Shown here in pieces: positions 12,291-22,814 of a DNA stretch of 48,963 nucleotides. Numbering within the stretch: the first letter of the stretch is position 1; each line of letters begins with the position of its first letter. The stretch covers positions 1 to 48,963 of the forward strand of contig CAXXJS010000001.1 of assembly GCA_963662665.2 (NCBI GenBank), given 5' to 3'. The translations under genes and the position numbers were made by a program. The DNA comes from Candidatus Latescibacterota bacterium (GTDB lineage: Bacteria; Latescibacterota; UBA2968; GCA-2709665). The notes below the pieces were generated by a model, which was not told where the DNA came from, did no database searches, and was given only the letters and a program-made list of their open reading frames with translations.

Positions 12291-13121
12291 ATGCCCGTCA
12301 AATCGTTCCGACCGCTAACGCCCTCGTTGCGGAACAAGACCGTCTCATCGTTTGAAGAAATCACACGATCTCATCCCGAGAAGTCTCTCGTTGAGGCGAA
12401 CAAGAAGAGCGGTGGCCGAAACAATAAGGGCCGCATCACGAGCCGTCGCCGCGGCGGCGGACACCGTCGACATTACCGGGTCGTCGATTTCAAACGCAAC
12501 AAATTCGGTGTTCCGGCCAGGGTAGACTCGATTGAATACGATCCGAATCGTTCCGCCAGAATTGCGCTGCTCCACTATGCGGACGGTGAGAAGCGGTATA
12601 TTCTTGCGCCCACGGGTATGGAAGTCGGCGCCACGGTGGTTTCAGGCCCGGACGCAGACGTGAGGCCCGGCAATGCGCTGCCTCTCGAGAACATCCCGCA
12701 GGGTACCCATGTCCACAATGTCGAATTGCAGCAGGGCAAGGGCGGACAGTTGGGCCGTTCCGCCGGAACGGAAATTCAGATCATGGCCAAAGAGGGCAGG
12801 TTCGCGCAACTCCGCCTGCCTTCCGGAGAGATCCGACTCGTGCCGGTGACGTGTTACGCCACGGTCGGCCAGGTGGGTAATCAGGAACACGAAAACGTCG
12901 TACTGGGGAAGGCGGGTCGCAACAGGTGGCTGGGGAGGCGGCCGTCGGTGAGGGGCGTGGCAATGAACCCCATCGATCACCCGCACGGCGGTGGCGAAGG
13001 GCGTGCCTCGGGCGGCGGACATCCGGTAACGCCGTGGGGGGTGCCCACGAAGGGATACAAAACCAGAAAACGCAAGAAACAGTCAAGCAAACTTATCGTA
13101 CGAAGGCAGCGTAAGAGATAA
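12291..13121 (+). CDS. rplB: 50S ribosomal protein L2
   Basis: [39 protein letters not shown]. Confidence 0.99.
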   Translation: MPVKSFRPLTPSLRNKTVSSFEEITRSHPEKSLVEANKKSGGRNNKGRITSRRRGGGHRRHYRVVDFKRNKFGVPARVDSIEYDPNRSARIALLHYADGEKRYILAPTGMEVGATVVSGPDADVRPGNALPLENIPQGTHVHNVELQQGKGGQLGRSAGTEIQIMAKEGRFAQLRLPSGEIRLVPVTCYATVGQVGNQEHENVVLGKAGRNRWLGRRPSVRGVAMNPIDHPHGGGEGRASGGGHPVTPWGVPTKGYKTRKRKKQSSKLIVRRQRKR

Positions 13122-13138
13122 TCTCCGGAGAGGATTGA

Positions 13139-13426
13139 ATGGCACGGTCGCTAAAAAAAGGCCCATACGTGGATCGCGGTCTTCTGGAGAAGATCGAGGG
13201 AATGAATAAATCGGGCAATAAACGCGTGATTCAGACGTGGGCTCGCCGTTCGACGATTTCTCCTGAATTTGTAGGGCATACCCTCGCGGTGCATAACGGG
13301 AATAAGTTCATTCCGGTGTATATCACGGAAAATATGGTGGGTCACAAGCTGGGTGAATTCGCCCCAACGCGTACTTATCGGGGGCACACGGGGGGTCTCA
13401 CCGAGCGTTCGACCGGGCTGAAGTAG
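13139..13426 (+). CDS. rpsS: 30S ribosomal protein S19
   Basis: [23 protein letters not shown]. Confidence 0.99.
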   Translation: MARSLKKGPYVDRGLLEKIEGMNKSGNKRVIQTWARRSTISPEFVGHTLAVHNGNKFIPVYITENMVGHKLGEFAPTRTYRGHTGGLTERSTGLK

Positions 13427-13505
13427 ATTCGGCACCTTTTGTGGCCCGTTGCTCCGCCTGTCGATATCGGGCTGTGGTTATCGGCACGCGCGAGGAAGGA
13501 TTCTG

Positions 13506-13847
13506 ATGACGGCCAGGGCAGTCTCCAGATATGTCAGGATTTCACCCAGAAAAGCACGACAGGTGGTGGATCTTGTACGTGGTAAAGGGGTTGAAGAAGC
13601 GTTTCACATTCTTCAGTTTACCCCAAAGAAGGCGGCCCGGATCGTGGAACGTACGCTGCGGTCGGCGGTGGCCAACGCCGCCAACAACGAGGCGTCTCCG
13701 GCGCGCGAAGAAGACCTGTGCGTTCAGGAGGCATTCGTGAACGGCGCCATCGCCATGCGTCGGATCCGCCCCATGCCGCGTGGCGCCGCCGGGTTCATCC
13801 GAAAACGCTGCAGCCACATAACGCTGGTGGTATCAGACGACAATTAG
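13506..13847 (+). CDS. rplV: 50S ribosomal protein L22
   Basis: [31 protein letters not shown]; ATG after GAGGAAGGA. Confidence 0.98.
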   Translation: MTARAVSRYVRISPRKARQVVDLVRGKGVEEAFHILQFTPKKAARIVERTLRSAVANAANNEASPAREEDLCVQEAFVNGAIAMRRIRPMPRGAAGFIRKRCSHITLVVSDDN

Positions 13848-13863
13848 TCGTCGGGAGGATTTT

Positions 13864-14520
13864 TTGGGCCAGAAAACACATCCAACCGGATTCAGGCTGG
13901 GCATTGTAAAGGACTGGCGTTCCCGCTGGTTTGCCGGGAAGGATTTCGCCGAACTGCTCAAAGAAGATCTGATGCTGCGGCGTTATATACAAAGCAGACT
14001 TCAACGGGCAAGCGTGTCTCAAATTGAGATAGAACGCGCGCCGAAACGGGTCACCATTTCGGTGCATACGGCTCGTCCGGGAATAGTGATCGGTCGTAAA
14101 GGGCAAGAGGTAGACAAGCTCAGAGACGAACTGAAACACATCACCGGCAAAGAGATCTACATAAATATTCAGGAAATCAAGCGACCGGAATTGAATGCAC
14201 AGTTGGTTGCCGACAATATCGCACGTCAGTTGGAGCAGCGTGTTTCCTTTAGACGAGCAATGAAAAAGGCCATCGCTTCGGCTATGCGCATGGGTGCCGA
14301 CGGTATCAAGATTGTATGTGGCGGACGCCTGGGCGGCGCGGAAATGGCGCGAATCGAAAAGTCGGAACCCGCCGGCAGGGTTCCCTTGCATACGCTCAGG
14401 GCCGATATCGACTACGCTACATCCACAGCCTTTACGACTTCCGGTACGGTGGGAGTCAAGGTGTGGGTGTGTCATGGCGAGGTCGTTGAACGTGGCATTC
14501 CGGGAAGTCTGTCGCAGTAA
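13864..14520 (+). CDS. rpsC: 30S ribosomal protein S3
   Basis: [34 protein letters not shown]; TTG start after GGAGG. Confidence 0.99.
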   Translation: MGQKTHPTGFRLGIVKDWRSRWFAGKDFAELLKEDLMLRRYIQSRLQRASVSQIEIERAPKRVTISVHTARPGIVIGRKGQEVDKLRDELKHITGKEIYINIQEIKRPELNAQLVADNIARQLEQRVSFRRAMKKAIASAMRMGADGIKIVCGGRLGGAEMARIEKSEPAGRVPLHTLRADIDYATSTAFTTSGTVGVKVWVCHGEVVERGIPGSLSQ

Positions 14521-14551
14521 TAGGAACCGGGTTTCGTAAGGATCTGACTCC

Positions 14552-14971
14552 ATGTTGATGCCGAAAAGGGTCAAGTGGCGAAAACAGCAGCGTGGGCGCA
14601 TGCGCGGCATGGCGTACCGGGGAAGCAGGATCGCTTTCGGTGAATTCGCGCTACAGGCGCTGGAGCCCGCGTGGATCACCAGCCGACAGATTGAGGCGGC
14701 ACGGGTGGCCATAACTCGAGCACTTGGGCGAGGCGGTAAAGTGTGGATCCGTCTGTTTCCCGACAAACCGGTCACCATCAAGCCCGCTGAGACCCGGATG
14801 GGCAAGGGCAAAGGGAGTCCGGAATACTGGGTGGCCGTCGTCAAACCCGGCCGCATTATGTTTGAAATCGATGGGGTTGAACGGGAGAGCGCCCGGGAGG
14901 CCATGCGAAAAGCCGGCCACAAAATGCCTATTAAAACCCGATTTATCGAACGGGGAGACAGCGAGGAATGA
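14552..14971 (+). CDS. rplP: 50S ribosomal protein L16
   Basis: [26 protein letters not shown]. Confidence 0.99.
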   Translation: MLMPKRVKWRKQQRGRMRGMAYRGSRIAFGEFALQALEPAWITSRQIEAARVAITRALGRGGKVWIRLFPDKPVTIKPAETRMGKGKGSPEYWVAVVKPGRIMFEIDGVERESAREAMRKAGHKMPIKTRFIERGDSEE

Positions 14972-15213
14972 AGGCCAGCGAAATTCGTCAGATGACACCG
15001 GGCGAGGTGGATGAGTTGCTCGAAGACAGGCTCGAGGAGTTGTCCAATTTGAGGATTCAGCTTGTTACACAACAACTCGACAATCCGCTTCATGTACAGT
15101 CGGTCCGACGGGACATTGCGCGGATCAAGACGGTACTGAGGGAGCACGCATTGGATCTGAACGCTTCATCCGGCACACCTGCTGCCGAATCCAAAGAATC
15201 GGAAGGGAATTAG
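14968..15213 (+). CDS. rpmC: 50S ribosomal protein L29
   Basis: [17 protein letters not shown]; position between rplP and rpsQ. Confidence 0.97.
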   Translation: MKASEIRQMTPGEVDELLEDRLEELSNLRIQLVTQQLDNPLHVQSVRRDIARIKTVLREHALDLNASSGTPAAESKESEGN

Positions 15214-15216
15214 AAT

Positions 15217-15483
15217 ATGTCACAAACCGACGCCCGCGGCCGTCGTAAGACCCTTGTGGGGCGCGTATTGAGCAATCAGGCCAACAAGACGATTGTCGTG
15301 GAAGTCACCTGGCGAACGCCTCATCCGCTTTACGGCAAGGTTGTTCGTCGTCGTTCCAAATTTGCGGCACACGACGAAACCAACTCGGCGAATGACGGAG
15401 ACACCGTACTGATTATGGAAACCCGCCCCATCAGCAAGACCAAAAGGTGGCGCCTCGCCGAAATTCTGGAAAAGGCTCAATAG
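15217..15483 (+). CDS. rpsQ: 30S ribosomal protein S17
   Basis: [24 protein letters not shown]. Confidence 0.99.
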   Translation: MSQTDARGRRKTLVGRVLSNQANKTIVVEVTWRTPHPLYGKVVRRRSKFAAHDETNSANDGDTVLIMETRPISKTKRWRLAEILEKAQ

Positions 15484-15496
15484 GGAGTACTGCAGG

Positions 15497-15865
15497 ATGG
15501 TTACGGAGCAGACGGTATTGAATTGCGCAGACAATAGCGGCGCCCGAAAGATAATGTGTTTCCGTGTGCTTGGTGGATCCCGGAGAAGATATGCCGGTCT
15601 GGGCGATACCATCGTGGTGGCCGTAAAAGACGCCCAGCCCAACAGTGCGGTGAAAAAAGGAGAGGTCGCGCGTGCAGTAATTGTTCGAACCAGGAAGGAA
15701 GCTCGACGTTCCGATGGTTCTTACATTCGCTTCGACGACAATGCGGCTGTGCTGATAAACGCAGAGGGAGAGCCGAGGGCAACGCGCATTTTCGGACCGG
15801 TGGCACGGGAACTGCGCGACAGGCGGTTCATGAGAATTGTGTCTCTCGCGGCTGAAGTGGTTTGA
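15497..15865 (+). CDS. rplN: 50S ribosomal protein L14
   Basis: [27 protein letters not shown]. Confidence 0.99.
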   Translation: MVTEQTVLNCADNSGARKIMCFRVLGGSRRRYAGLGDTIVVAVKDAQPNSAVKKGEVARAVIVRTRKEARRSDGSYIRFDDNAAVLINAEGEPRATRIFGPVARELRDRRFMRIVSLAAEVV

Positions 15866-15892
15866 CTTTTCAACAGTGAGGGGAGTCGAGCG

Positions 15893-16219
15893 GTGAAAGT
15901 TCACATACGCAAGGGCGACCAGGTCGAGGTTATCGGAGGCGTGGATGCGGGGAGGAGGGGACGCGTCCTGAGGGTATTCCCTAAAAAGGCGCGGGCGCTG
16001 GTGGAGGGGATAAACTTCATCAAACGCCATACCCGGCCCGGCCCGAAAAACCAGCAGGGCGGAATTATCGAAAAAGAGGCGCCGGTACACGTTTCCAAAC
16101 TAATGTTGATTGATCCGCAGTCCGACGAGCCCACGCGGATACGTCGGAAAAGACTTGAGAACGGCGTTCGTATCCGGCTTGCGGTTAAGAGTGGCGAACA
16201 GATCGCGGAAGCGAACTGA
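15893..16219 (+). CDS. rplX: 50S ribosomal protein L24
   Basis: [30 protein letters not shown]. Confidence 0.98.
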   Translation: MKVHIRKGDQVEVIGGVDAGRRGRVLRVFPKKARALVEGINFIKRHTRPGPKNQQGGIIEKEAPVHVSKLMLIDPQSDEPTRIRRKRLENGVRIRLAVKSGEQIAEAN

Positions 16220-16232
16220 TAGCGAGGGATTG

Positions 16233-16787
16233 ATGGCGGCGAGACTCCGTAGCGTTTACAACGACGAAATCGTCCCGGCGATGGTTACCCATTTCGCCTA
16301 CAAGAACAGGATGCAGGTTCCCAGGTTGGATAAAATCGTCCTTAACATGGGTCTGGGAGAAGCTGTCCAGAATCCGAAGGTGATCGACAGCGCCATCGCG
16401 GATCTCTCAATCATTGCGGGGCAGCGCCCTTCGATTCGACGGGCTAAGAAGTCGGTCTCTAATTTCAAATTGCGCGAGGGCGTGCCCATCGGGTGCGCAG
16501 TTACACTCCGCCGTGATCGTATGTACGAGTTTCTCGACCGTTTTTTTACGTTTGCCATACCACGCACACGCGACTTCAGGGGTTTGTCTCCCAACGCCTT
16601 CGACGGCCGGGGGAATTATACGGTAGGCGTACGGGAACAGATTATCTTTCCAGAAATAAACTACGATCAAATCGACCAGGTTCGAGGGCTGGACGTGACA
16701 ATCGTCACCACGGCCCGGACCGACGAAGAGGCATTTGAATTGCTCAGGCGCTTCGGCATGCCCTTCCAGATTGCCGAAGCTGCGTGA
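16233..16787 (+). CDS. rplE: 50S ribosomal protein L5
   Basis: [37 protein letters not shown]. Confidence 0.99.
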   Translation: MAARLRSVYNDEIVPAMVTHFAYKNRMQVPRLDKIVLNMGLGEAVQNPKVIDSAIADLSIIAGQRPSIRRAKKSVSNFKLREGVPIGCAVTLRRDRMYEFLDRFFTFAIPRTRDFRGLSPNAFDGRGNYTVGVREQIIFPEINYDQIDQVRGLDVTIVTTARTDEEAFELLRRFGMPFQIAEAA

Positions 16788-16808
16788 TTGCGGAAAGCGA
16801 GCATTTTT

Positions 16809-16994
16809 GTGGCAAAAAAGACGTTGATTGTCAAGGCAAACAGAAAACCGAAATTTGCCGTTCGCCGGTATAATCGTTGCCATCGTTGCGGGCGACCCAG
16901 AGGCTACATGAGGCAGTTCGGAATCTGTCGGATCTGCTTTAGAGAACTGGCATTGCAGGGCGAGATTCCCGGGGTTGCGAAGGCGAGTTGGTAG
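16809..16994 (+). CDS. rpsN: 30S ribosomal protein S14, zinc-binding short type (type Z)
   Basis: 61 aa; [23 protein letters not shown]; GTG start. Confidence 0.98.
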   Translation: MAKKTLIVKANRKPKFAVRRYNRCHRCGRPRGYMRQFGICRICFRELALQGEIPGVAKASW

Positions 16995-17025
16995 CCGTTG
17001 TGCCAGACAGGAGGCGGTTGGCCCT

Positions 17026-17424
17026 ATGAGTATGACCGATCCGATCGCGGATATGCTGACCCGTATCCGGAATGCAGCCCGTGCGGGACACCGGAAAGTG
17101 GACATCCCGGGCTCCCGGGTAAAAACTGAAATTGCAAGGATTATGAAAACAAAAGGGTTCATCCACAACTACGCCTGCGTGGAGGACAACCGGCAGGGCT
17201 ATATCCGTCTGTACCTCAAGTACAGTTCGGACGACGAGAGCGCCATTCAGGGCTTGGAACGCATCAGCCGGCCAGGTGTCCGCCGTTACGTCGTCGTCAG
17301 CGAGATTCCCAGGGTGCTTAATGGCCTGGGCGTGGCCGTAATTTCCACGTCGCGGGGTATACTTACCGATGGCGAGGCTCGCATGGCAGGGGTTGGCGGC
17401 GAGGTTCTCTGCCACCTCTGGTAA
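17026..17424 (+). CDS. rpsH: 30S ribosomal protein S8
   Basis: MTDPIADMLTRIRNA, ISRPGVRRY, GVGGEVL. Confidence 0.99.
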   Translation: MSMTDPIADMLTRIRNAARAGHRKVDIPGSRVKTEIARIMKTKGFIHNYACVEDNRQGYIRLYLKYSSDDESAIQGLERISRPGVRRYVVVSEIPRVLNGLGVAVISTSRGILTDGEARMAGVGGEVLCHLW

Positions 17425-17439
17425 TTGGGGGAAATCCAC

Positions 17440-18006
17440 GTGTCACGCATTGGAAAACAGCCGATTCCGGTTCCGGATGGCGTCCAGGTACAGGTTCAGT
17501 CTTCCGGCGTGCGGGTGAAAGGGAACAAGGGCGAATTGACGGTACAGATCCATCCGTTGACGCGCGTCAGCCAGGAGGACGGGTCGCTCCGTGTAACGGT
17601 AGAGGATATTGAAGACAGGGAGTCAAAAGCGGTGTGGGGCCTGACCCGGGCGTTGTTGGCCAACGCGGTTGAAGGCGTGCGTAATGGATTTGAAAAACGG
17701 CTGGTTGTGGTAGGTGTGGGGTATCGCGCGGAAATGAAGGGCAGAAATCTCGATCTGCAGGTAGGTTTCAGCCATCCGGTGATTTTAGAGCCCCTTGAAG
17801 GCGTGGAAATGAGTGTTGAAGCGGCGCCCGCCGACCTAGACACGGCCCAGGCGTCAATTGTCGTTCGGGGTGCGGACAAAGAGCGGGTGGGACGGATGGC
17901 TGCCGATATTCGAAAAGTCCGCCCACCGGAACCATACAAGGGTAAAGGGATACGATACCTGAATGAGTACGTTCGTCGTAAGGCCGGGAAGGCCGCAGTA
18001 ACGTAA
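17440..18006 (+). CDS. rplF: 50S ribosomal protein L6
   Basis: SRIGKQPI, GVGYRA, GFSHP, RPPEPYKGKGIRY. Confidence 0.99.
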   Translation: MSRIGKQPIPVPDGVQVQVQSSGVRVKGNKGELTVQIHPLTRVSQEDGSLRVTVEDIEDRESKAVWGLTRALLANAVEGVRNGFEKRLVVVGVGYRAEMKGRNLDLQVGFSHPVILEPLEGVEMSVEAAPADLDTAQASIVVRGADKERVGRMAADIRKVRPPEPYKGKGIRYLNEYVRRKAGKAAVT

Positions 18007-18033
18007 ATTTCAGGATTTACGGAGTGAATTTCC

Positions 18034-18402
18034 ATGGCGAACCCACAGATCCGGAAGACGAACCTGCGCCGCCGCCGCCAATTGCGAATTCGGAAAAAGA
18101 TCCGCGGCACGCCCGGTCGGCCCCGACTGGCGGTCAGCAGAAGCCTGAAACACATTGAGGTGCAGCTGATCGACGACACGACGGGGCGGTCTCTGCTCGG
18201 ACTCTCGAGCAATTCCCGTGAAGTTCGTGACACGCTCTCGGGCAACAAGAGCGACAGAGGCCGCGAATTGGGTCGCGCCGTGGCGGCAAGAGCGCTGCAA
18301 GCTGGCATAACGACGGTTGTTTTTGATCGGGGAGGTCGCCTGTATCATGGCCGGATCAAGGCCCTGGCCGAGGGCGCGCGCGAAGGTGGGCTGTTGTTCT
18401 AG
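18034..18402 (+). CDS. rplR: 50S ribosomal protein L18
   Basis: [26 protein letters not shown]. Confidence 0.99.
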   Translation: MANPQIRKTNLRRRRQLRIRKKIRGTPGRPRLAVSRSLKHIEVQLIDDTTGRSLLGLSSNSREVRDTLSGNKSDRGRELGRAVAARALQAGITTVVFDRGGRLYHGRIKALAEGAREGGLLF

Positions 18403-18422
18403 GAATCATAAGGAGTACCGAT

Positions 18423-18938
18423 TTGAAACGAATAGATTCATCGGGATTGGACCTGACAGAAATCGTCATCAATAACAGCCTTAAGCGGGTATCCCATGTG
18501 CGAAAGGGCGGCCGTCGCTTTGCATTCAACGTAATGGTGGTTGTCGGCGACCGTCAGGGTCACGTCGGCGCCGGACTTGGCAAGGCGGGAGAGGTGGCCG
18601 AAGCCATCCGAAAGGCCACCGAAAACGCCAAAAAGGAACTGATACGGATTCCTGTAATCAACGGAACGCTGCCGCATGAAATCATCGGCGTCTTTGGCGC
18701 TTCCCGGGTGCTTCTAAGGCCTGCGGCGCCGGGAACCGGTGTGATCGCCGGAGGCGGCATCCGTGCGGTCCTGGAATTGGCGGGCGTGCAAAACGTTCTG
18801 ACCAAATCACTGGGGTCCCACAATACCCACAATACCGTTAAGGCCACGCTTCGGGGCCTCAACGGTCTCCGTGACGCGCGGGGGTTTGCACAGTTACGGA
18901 ATGTCGATGAAGCGGAATTGACCGGTACGCGGGAGTGA
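18423..18938 (+). CDS. rpsE: 30S ribosomal protein S5
   Basis: [23 protein letters not shown]; TTG start after AAGGAG. Confidence 0.99.
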   Translation: MKRIDSSGLDLTEIVINNSLKRVSHVRKGGRRFAFNVMVVVGDRQGHVGAGLGKAGEVAEAIRKATENAKKELIRIPVINGTLPHEIIGVFGASRVLLRPAAPGTGVIAGGGIRAVLELAGVQNVLTKSLGSHNTHNTVKATLRGLNGLRDARGFAQLRNVDEAELTGTRE

Positions 18939-18944
18939 CGTGGC

Positions 18945-19142
18945 ATGGCACACGATCCGAAAAAACTGAAAATCACCCAGATACGCAGTTCGATTTCGCG
19001 CAATGAAAAGCAGCGGCGCACGCTCGCGGCGCTTGGAATTCGACGTATTCGCCACAGTGTGGTTCACCGCGATACGGCGCAAATCCGAGGTATGGTCAAC
19101 ACGGTGGCGCACCTTGTAGATGTAAAGCCGGCAGACGGCTGA
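18945..19142 (+). CDS. rpmD: 50S ribosomal protein L30
   Basis: LKITQIRS, TLAALGIRRI, IRGMVNTVAHLV. Confidence 0.97.
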   Translation: MAHDPKKLKITQIRSSISRNEKQRRTLAALGIRRIRHSVVHRDTAQIRGMVNTVAHLVDVKPADG

Positions 19143-19218
19143 TCCCGGATATGGACGCCTGTGAAGGCGGATTTAGAGTATCGGGGCCGTCGACTCGTTC
19201 GCAAAAAGGGCCAGCACC

Positions 19219-19680
19219 ATGAAACCAGGAAAGCTTAAACCCCCCGAAGGCGCCGTCAAGAGCCGGAAACGGCTGGGATGCGGCGTTGGTTCCGGCCACG
19301 GCAAAACAAGCGGAAAAGGTCACAAGGGTCAAAAGTCGCGTTCGGGCGCGAAAACCAGGCCGTGGTTTGAAGGCGGGCAGATGCCGTTGCAACGGAGGCT
19401 GCCCAAAGTAGGATTCAACAACCCCCAGAAGGTCGTCTATCAGGTCGTCAATCTGGACGATATCGTCAAACGCGGTTTGTCGGGCGAGGTGACCCCGGAA
19501 CACCTGAAGCAATCGGGTCTGATACGGTCGATCCGGCGGCCTGTGAAGATTCTGGGGCGGGGTGAAGTTTCCGATGCCATACAGGTTCAGGCGCACGCGG
19601 CATCCAGGTCGGCCACCGAGAAGATCGAATCGGCCGGAGGAAGTATCAGCCTGATGGACGCCGGTACCGGGGCGGGCTGA
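19219..19680 (+). CDS. rplO: 50S ribosomal protein L15
   Basis: GSGHGKTSGKGHKGQKSRSG, FEGGQMPLQRRLPK. Confidence 0.99.
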   Translation: MKPGKLKPPEGAVKSRKRLGCGVGSGHGKTSGKGHKGQKSRSGAKTRPWFEGGQMPLQRRLPKVGFNNPQKVVYQVVNLDDIVKRGLSGEVTPEHLKQSGLIRSIRRPVKILGRGEVSDAIQVQAHAASRSATEKIESAGGSISLMDAGTGAG

Positions 19681-19695
19681 TTTTGAGAGGAGGCG

Positions 19696-21036
19696 GTGGT
19701 GCTCCAGAGTTTCCAGAGTGCCTTTAGAATCCCCGAGTTACGCAATCGCATCCTGTTTACGCTGGGTATTCTGATCGTCTTCCGGGTTGGCACGTACGTG
19801 ACCATTCCCGGTATCGACCCGAGGGCCCTGGACGAATACTTCAGCAGCGCCGCTACGGGCGTCCTGGGATTTTACGACATGTTTGCCGGCGGCGCATTCG
19901 GCCGTGCAACCGTCTTTGCGCTTGGCATTATGCCGTATATCAGCGCCTCGATCATTCTTCAGCTGATGGGCGCGGTCATTCCCTTTCTGCAAAAACTTCA
20001 GAAGGAGGGCGAAGAGGGGCGCAAGAAAATCACCCAATATACCCGCTACGGGACGGTGGCGCTGGCTGCCGCCCAGTCCTTTGGCGTGAGCCTGTTTATG
20101 GAAAGCCTCCGGTCGCCCATCACCGGAATGCTGGTCGTACCGGATCCGGGTTTGGGCTTTAGATTGCTGACGATTCTGACAATAACCGCCGGAACCGTGT
20201 TTGTGATGTGGCTGGGGGAACAGATCGATGACAGGGGCATCGGTAACGGCATGTCAATGTTGATTTTCATTGGGATAATCGCCCGTGCGCCGGCTGCCGT
20301 CATTCAGGAATATCAGGATTTCATTGCCAACAACAAGCCCATCCTGCTGGAGTTGTTTGTAGTTGTCATTATTGTCGCGGTTACCGCGTTGGTGGTGCTC
20401 ATAACGCAAGGAACGCGGAAGATCCCGGTACAATACGCGAAGCGTGTTGTCGGGAGGCGTGTATATGGCGGTCAAAGCACCCATATCCCCCTTAAGGTGA
20501 ATACCTCCGGGGTGATGCCGATCATCTTCGCGCAGGCCATCATGTTTTTGCCATCCACCCTTGCCAATTTCTTTCCGATGAACGAGTGGGTGCAGGACAT
20601 GGCTTCCAGGTTTTCGCCCGCGACCACGTTGCATGCGCTGCCTTACTGGATATTCTATTCCGCGATGATCATCTTCTTCGCATATTTCTATACGGCAATC
20701 GTATTCAATCCTGTCGATCTGGCCGATAATATGAAGCGTCAGGGCGGGTTCATACCCGGTATCCGGCCCGGCAAACGCACGTCCGATTTTATCGATCGAA
20801 TTCTGACCCGAATTACGCTTCCGGGGTCGATTTTTCTGGCGGCGATTGCGGTTTTCCCGTTCTTCGTTATCAGTTGGGCCGACGTTAATCCCGGCCTGAT
20901 CGACTTCTTCGGGGGAACCGGGCTACTGATTATCGTAGGCGTTGCTCTTGACACGTTGCAGCGCGTGGAGTCACACCTCCTGATGCGGCACTACGATGGC
21001 TTTATGAAAAAGGGAAGACTGAGGGGCCGCAGATGA
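19696..21036 (+). CDS. secY: Preprotein translocase subunit SecY
   Basis: [41 protein letters not shown]; multiple TM helices. Confidence 0.99.
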   Translation: MVLQSFQSAFRIPELRNRILFTLGILIVFRVGTYVTIPGIDPRALDEYFSSAATGVLGFYDMFAGGAFGRATVFALGIMPYISASIILQLMGAVIPFLQKLQKEGEEGRKKITQYTRYGTVALAAAQSFGVSLFMESLRSPITGMLVVPDPGLGFRLLTILTITAGTVFVMWLGEQIDDRGIGNGMSMLIFIGIIARAPAAVIQEYQDFIANNKPILLELFVVVIIVAVTALVVLITQGTRKIPVQYAKRVVGRRVYGGQSTHIPLKVNTSGVMPIIFAQAIMFLPSTLANFFPMNEWVQDMASRFSPATTLHALPYWIFYSAMIIFFAYFYTAIVFNPVDLADNMKRQGGFIPGIRPGKRTSDFIDRILTRITLPGSIFLAAIAVFPFFVISWADVNPGLIDFFGGTGLLIIVGVALDTLQRVESHLLMRHYDGFMKKGRLRGRR

Positions 21037-21052
21037 AAGAAAGGACTTCGTG

Positions 21053-21169
21053 ATGAGGGTTCGTGCGTCTGTCAAGAAACGCTGCAATCACTGCAAGGTC
21101 ATTCGCAGAAAAGGTGTGGTTCGGGTGATTTGCAAACACGATCCAAGTCATAAACAGAGACAGGGATAG
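21053..21169 (+). CDS. rpmJ: 50S ribosomal protein L36 (below the ORF-track cutoff)
   Basis: Translated by hand: [38 protein letters not shown]; zinc-ligand form. Confidence 0.98.
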   Translation: MRVRASVKKRCNHCKVIRRKGVVRVICKHDPSHKQRQG

Positions 21170-21274
21170 CAGTCCGTTGGAAAAGTTGCTCTGCAGGCGA
21201 GGCAGACCGCAGACCGGATAGGTTAATTTAACGGGCTGAAAGGCCTTCGGAATCCAAGCGTAGGAGGACACACG

Positions 21275-21655
21275 ATGGCTCGTATCGCAGGGGTCGATGT
21301 TCCGCGCGAAAAGCGGGTCGAAATCGCGCTGACCTATATTTACGGTATTGGCAGAAGCGCCTCGAATCGGATCCTGGAGAAGACGCAGATTTCTCCGGAC
21401 ACCCGCGTCGACGCGTTGAGCGAGGAAGACGTCACCAAACTCCGGAGCGTGATTGAGGGCGAATACAGGGTGGAGGGCAACCTGAGGAGCGAGGTGGCCA
21501 TGAACATCAAGCGGCTGATGGACATCGGCTGCTATCGCGGGCTTCGCTGGCGGAGGGGTCTCCCGGTGCGGGGTCAGCGCACACGCACCAACGCCCGGAC
21601 GCGGAAGGGGCCGAAAAAGGGCCAGATTGCAAGAAAGAAGAAACCGCAAGTTTAA
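21275..21655 (+). CDS. rpsM: 30S ribosomal protein S13
   Basis: [35 protein letters not shown]. Confidence 0.99.
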   Translation: MARIAGVDVPREKRVEIALTYIYGIGRSASNRILEKTQISPDTRVDALSEEDVTKLRSVIEGEYRVEGNLRSEVAMNIKRLMDIGCYRGLRWRRGLPVRGQRTRTNARTRKGPKKGQIARKKKPQV

Positions 21656-21677
21656 TCACCAGTAAGGAGGCGATCAC

Positions 21678-22067
21678 TTGCCGCCGGAACAAAGAAAAGG
21701 CCGACGACGTAACAAGCGGGTAGACGGACAGGGTGTTGCCCACATTAAAGCGACGTTCAACAATACCATTGTTACCCTGACCGACAAAGACGGGCACGTG
21801 ATTTCGTGGTCCACAACTGGTAAGGTGGGTTTTAAGGGTTCCCGGAAGAGTACGCCCTTTGCCGCCCAGTTGGCTGCTGAAGCCGCGGCAAAAGAAGCGA
21901 TGTCGATGGGGCTGCGGCGGGTCGAGGTATGGGTCAAGGGCCCGGGTGTCGGCCGCGAGGCCGCCGTTCGCGCGCTGCAGGGCGCCGGGCTGGAAATCGC
22001 GGCCATCCGCGACGTCACTCCGATTCCTCACAACGGCTGTCGGCCGCCCAAGCGGCGTCGGGTGTAA
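21678..22067 (+). CDS. rpsK: 30S ribosomal protein S11
   Basis: [36 protein letters not shown]; TTG start after AAGGAGG. Confidence 0.99.
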   Translation: MPPEQRKGRRRNKRVDGQGVAHIKATFNNTIVTLTDKDGHVISWSTTGKVGFKGSRKSTPFAAQLAAEAAAKEAMSMGLRRVEVWVKGPGVGREAAVRALQGAGLEIAAIRDVTPIPHNGCRPPKRRRV

Positions 22068-22094
22068 CGGCATCTGACCGAGGAGGTCTATTGC

Positions 22095-22724
22095 ATGGCA
22101 AGGTATACGGATTCGAGCTGCAAGTTGTGTCGCCGCGAAGGGGTCAAGTTATTCCTCAAAGGGGAACGCTGCTACCTGGACAAATGTTCGTTCGAAAAAC
22201 GAAGCTATGCGCCGGGCATGCACGGACAGAGGCAGGGCCGCAAGCCTTCGGAGTATGCCCTGCAGCTCAGGGAAAAGCAGAAGGCGAAGCGCCAGTACGG
22301 TGTGCTGGAGAGCCAGTTCAGAGGATACTATCACAAGGCCGCCAGCCGGAAGGGTGTAACGGGGGAGCTTCTCCTGCAGACGCTGGAAAGGCGTCTGGAC
22401 AACGTCACTCACCGGCTGGGTTTCGCGCCCTCACACAAGGCGGCGCGTCAGTTGGTGCGCCATCGGCACATTATGGTGAATGGGCGCGTTGTGGACGTCC
22501 CGTCTTTTCAGGTGGCGCCGGGCGATACGATCCAGGTGCGGGAAAAGAGCCGTCAGTTGGCGTTGATCCACGACTCCATCAAGCGGCTTGGCGAGGGCAA
22601 ACAGGCACGCTGGTTGTCTCTGGACAAAGTTAATCTTAGCGGCACCGTTCTCGACAATCCCGATAGGGAGGGTATTCCGACGCCCGTCGAAGAGCAACTC
22701 ATTGTGGAGTTGTATTCGAAATAG
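22095..22724 (+). CDS. rpsD: 30S ribosomal protein S4
   Basis: [35 protein letters not shown]. Confidence 0.99.
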   Translation: MARYTDSSCKLCRREGVKLFLKGERCYLDKCSFEKRSYAPGMHGQRQGRKPSEYALQLREKQKAKRQYGVLESQFRGYYHKAASRKGVTGELLLQTLERRLDNVTHRLGFAPSHKAARQLVRHRHIMVNGRVVDVPSFQVAPGDTIQVREKSRQLALIHDSIKRLGEGKQARWLSLDKVNLSGTVLDNPDREGIPTPVEEQLIVELYSK

Positions 22725-22814
22725 TTGCTGCGTTCTGATGAATAGTAGCCGCGCATTCGGAACAGACCACAGGCTGCCGTATTGTTCTTCAGAGGAATTA
22801 AGGAGAATTCTTGT

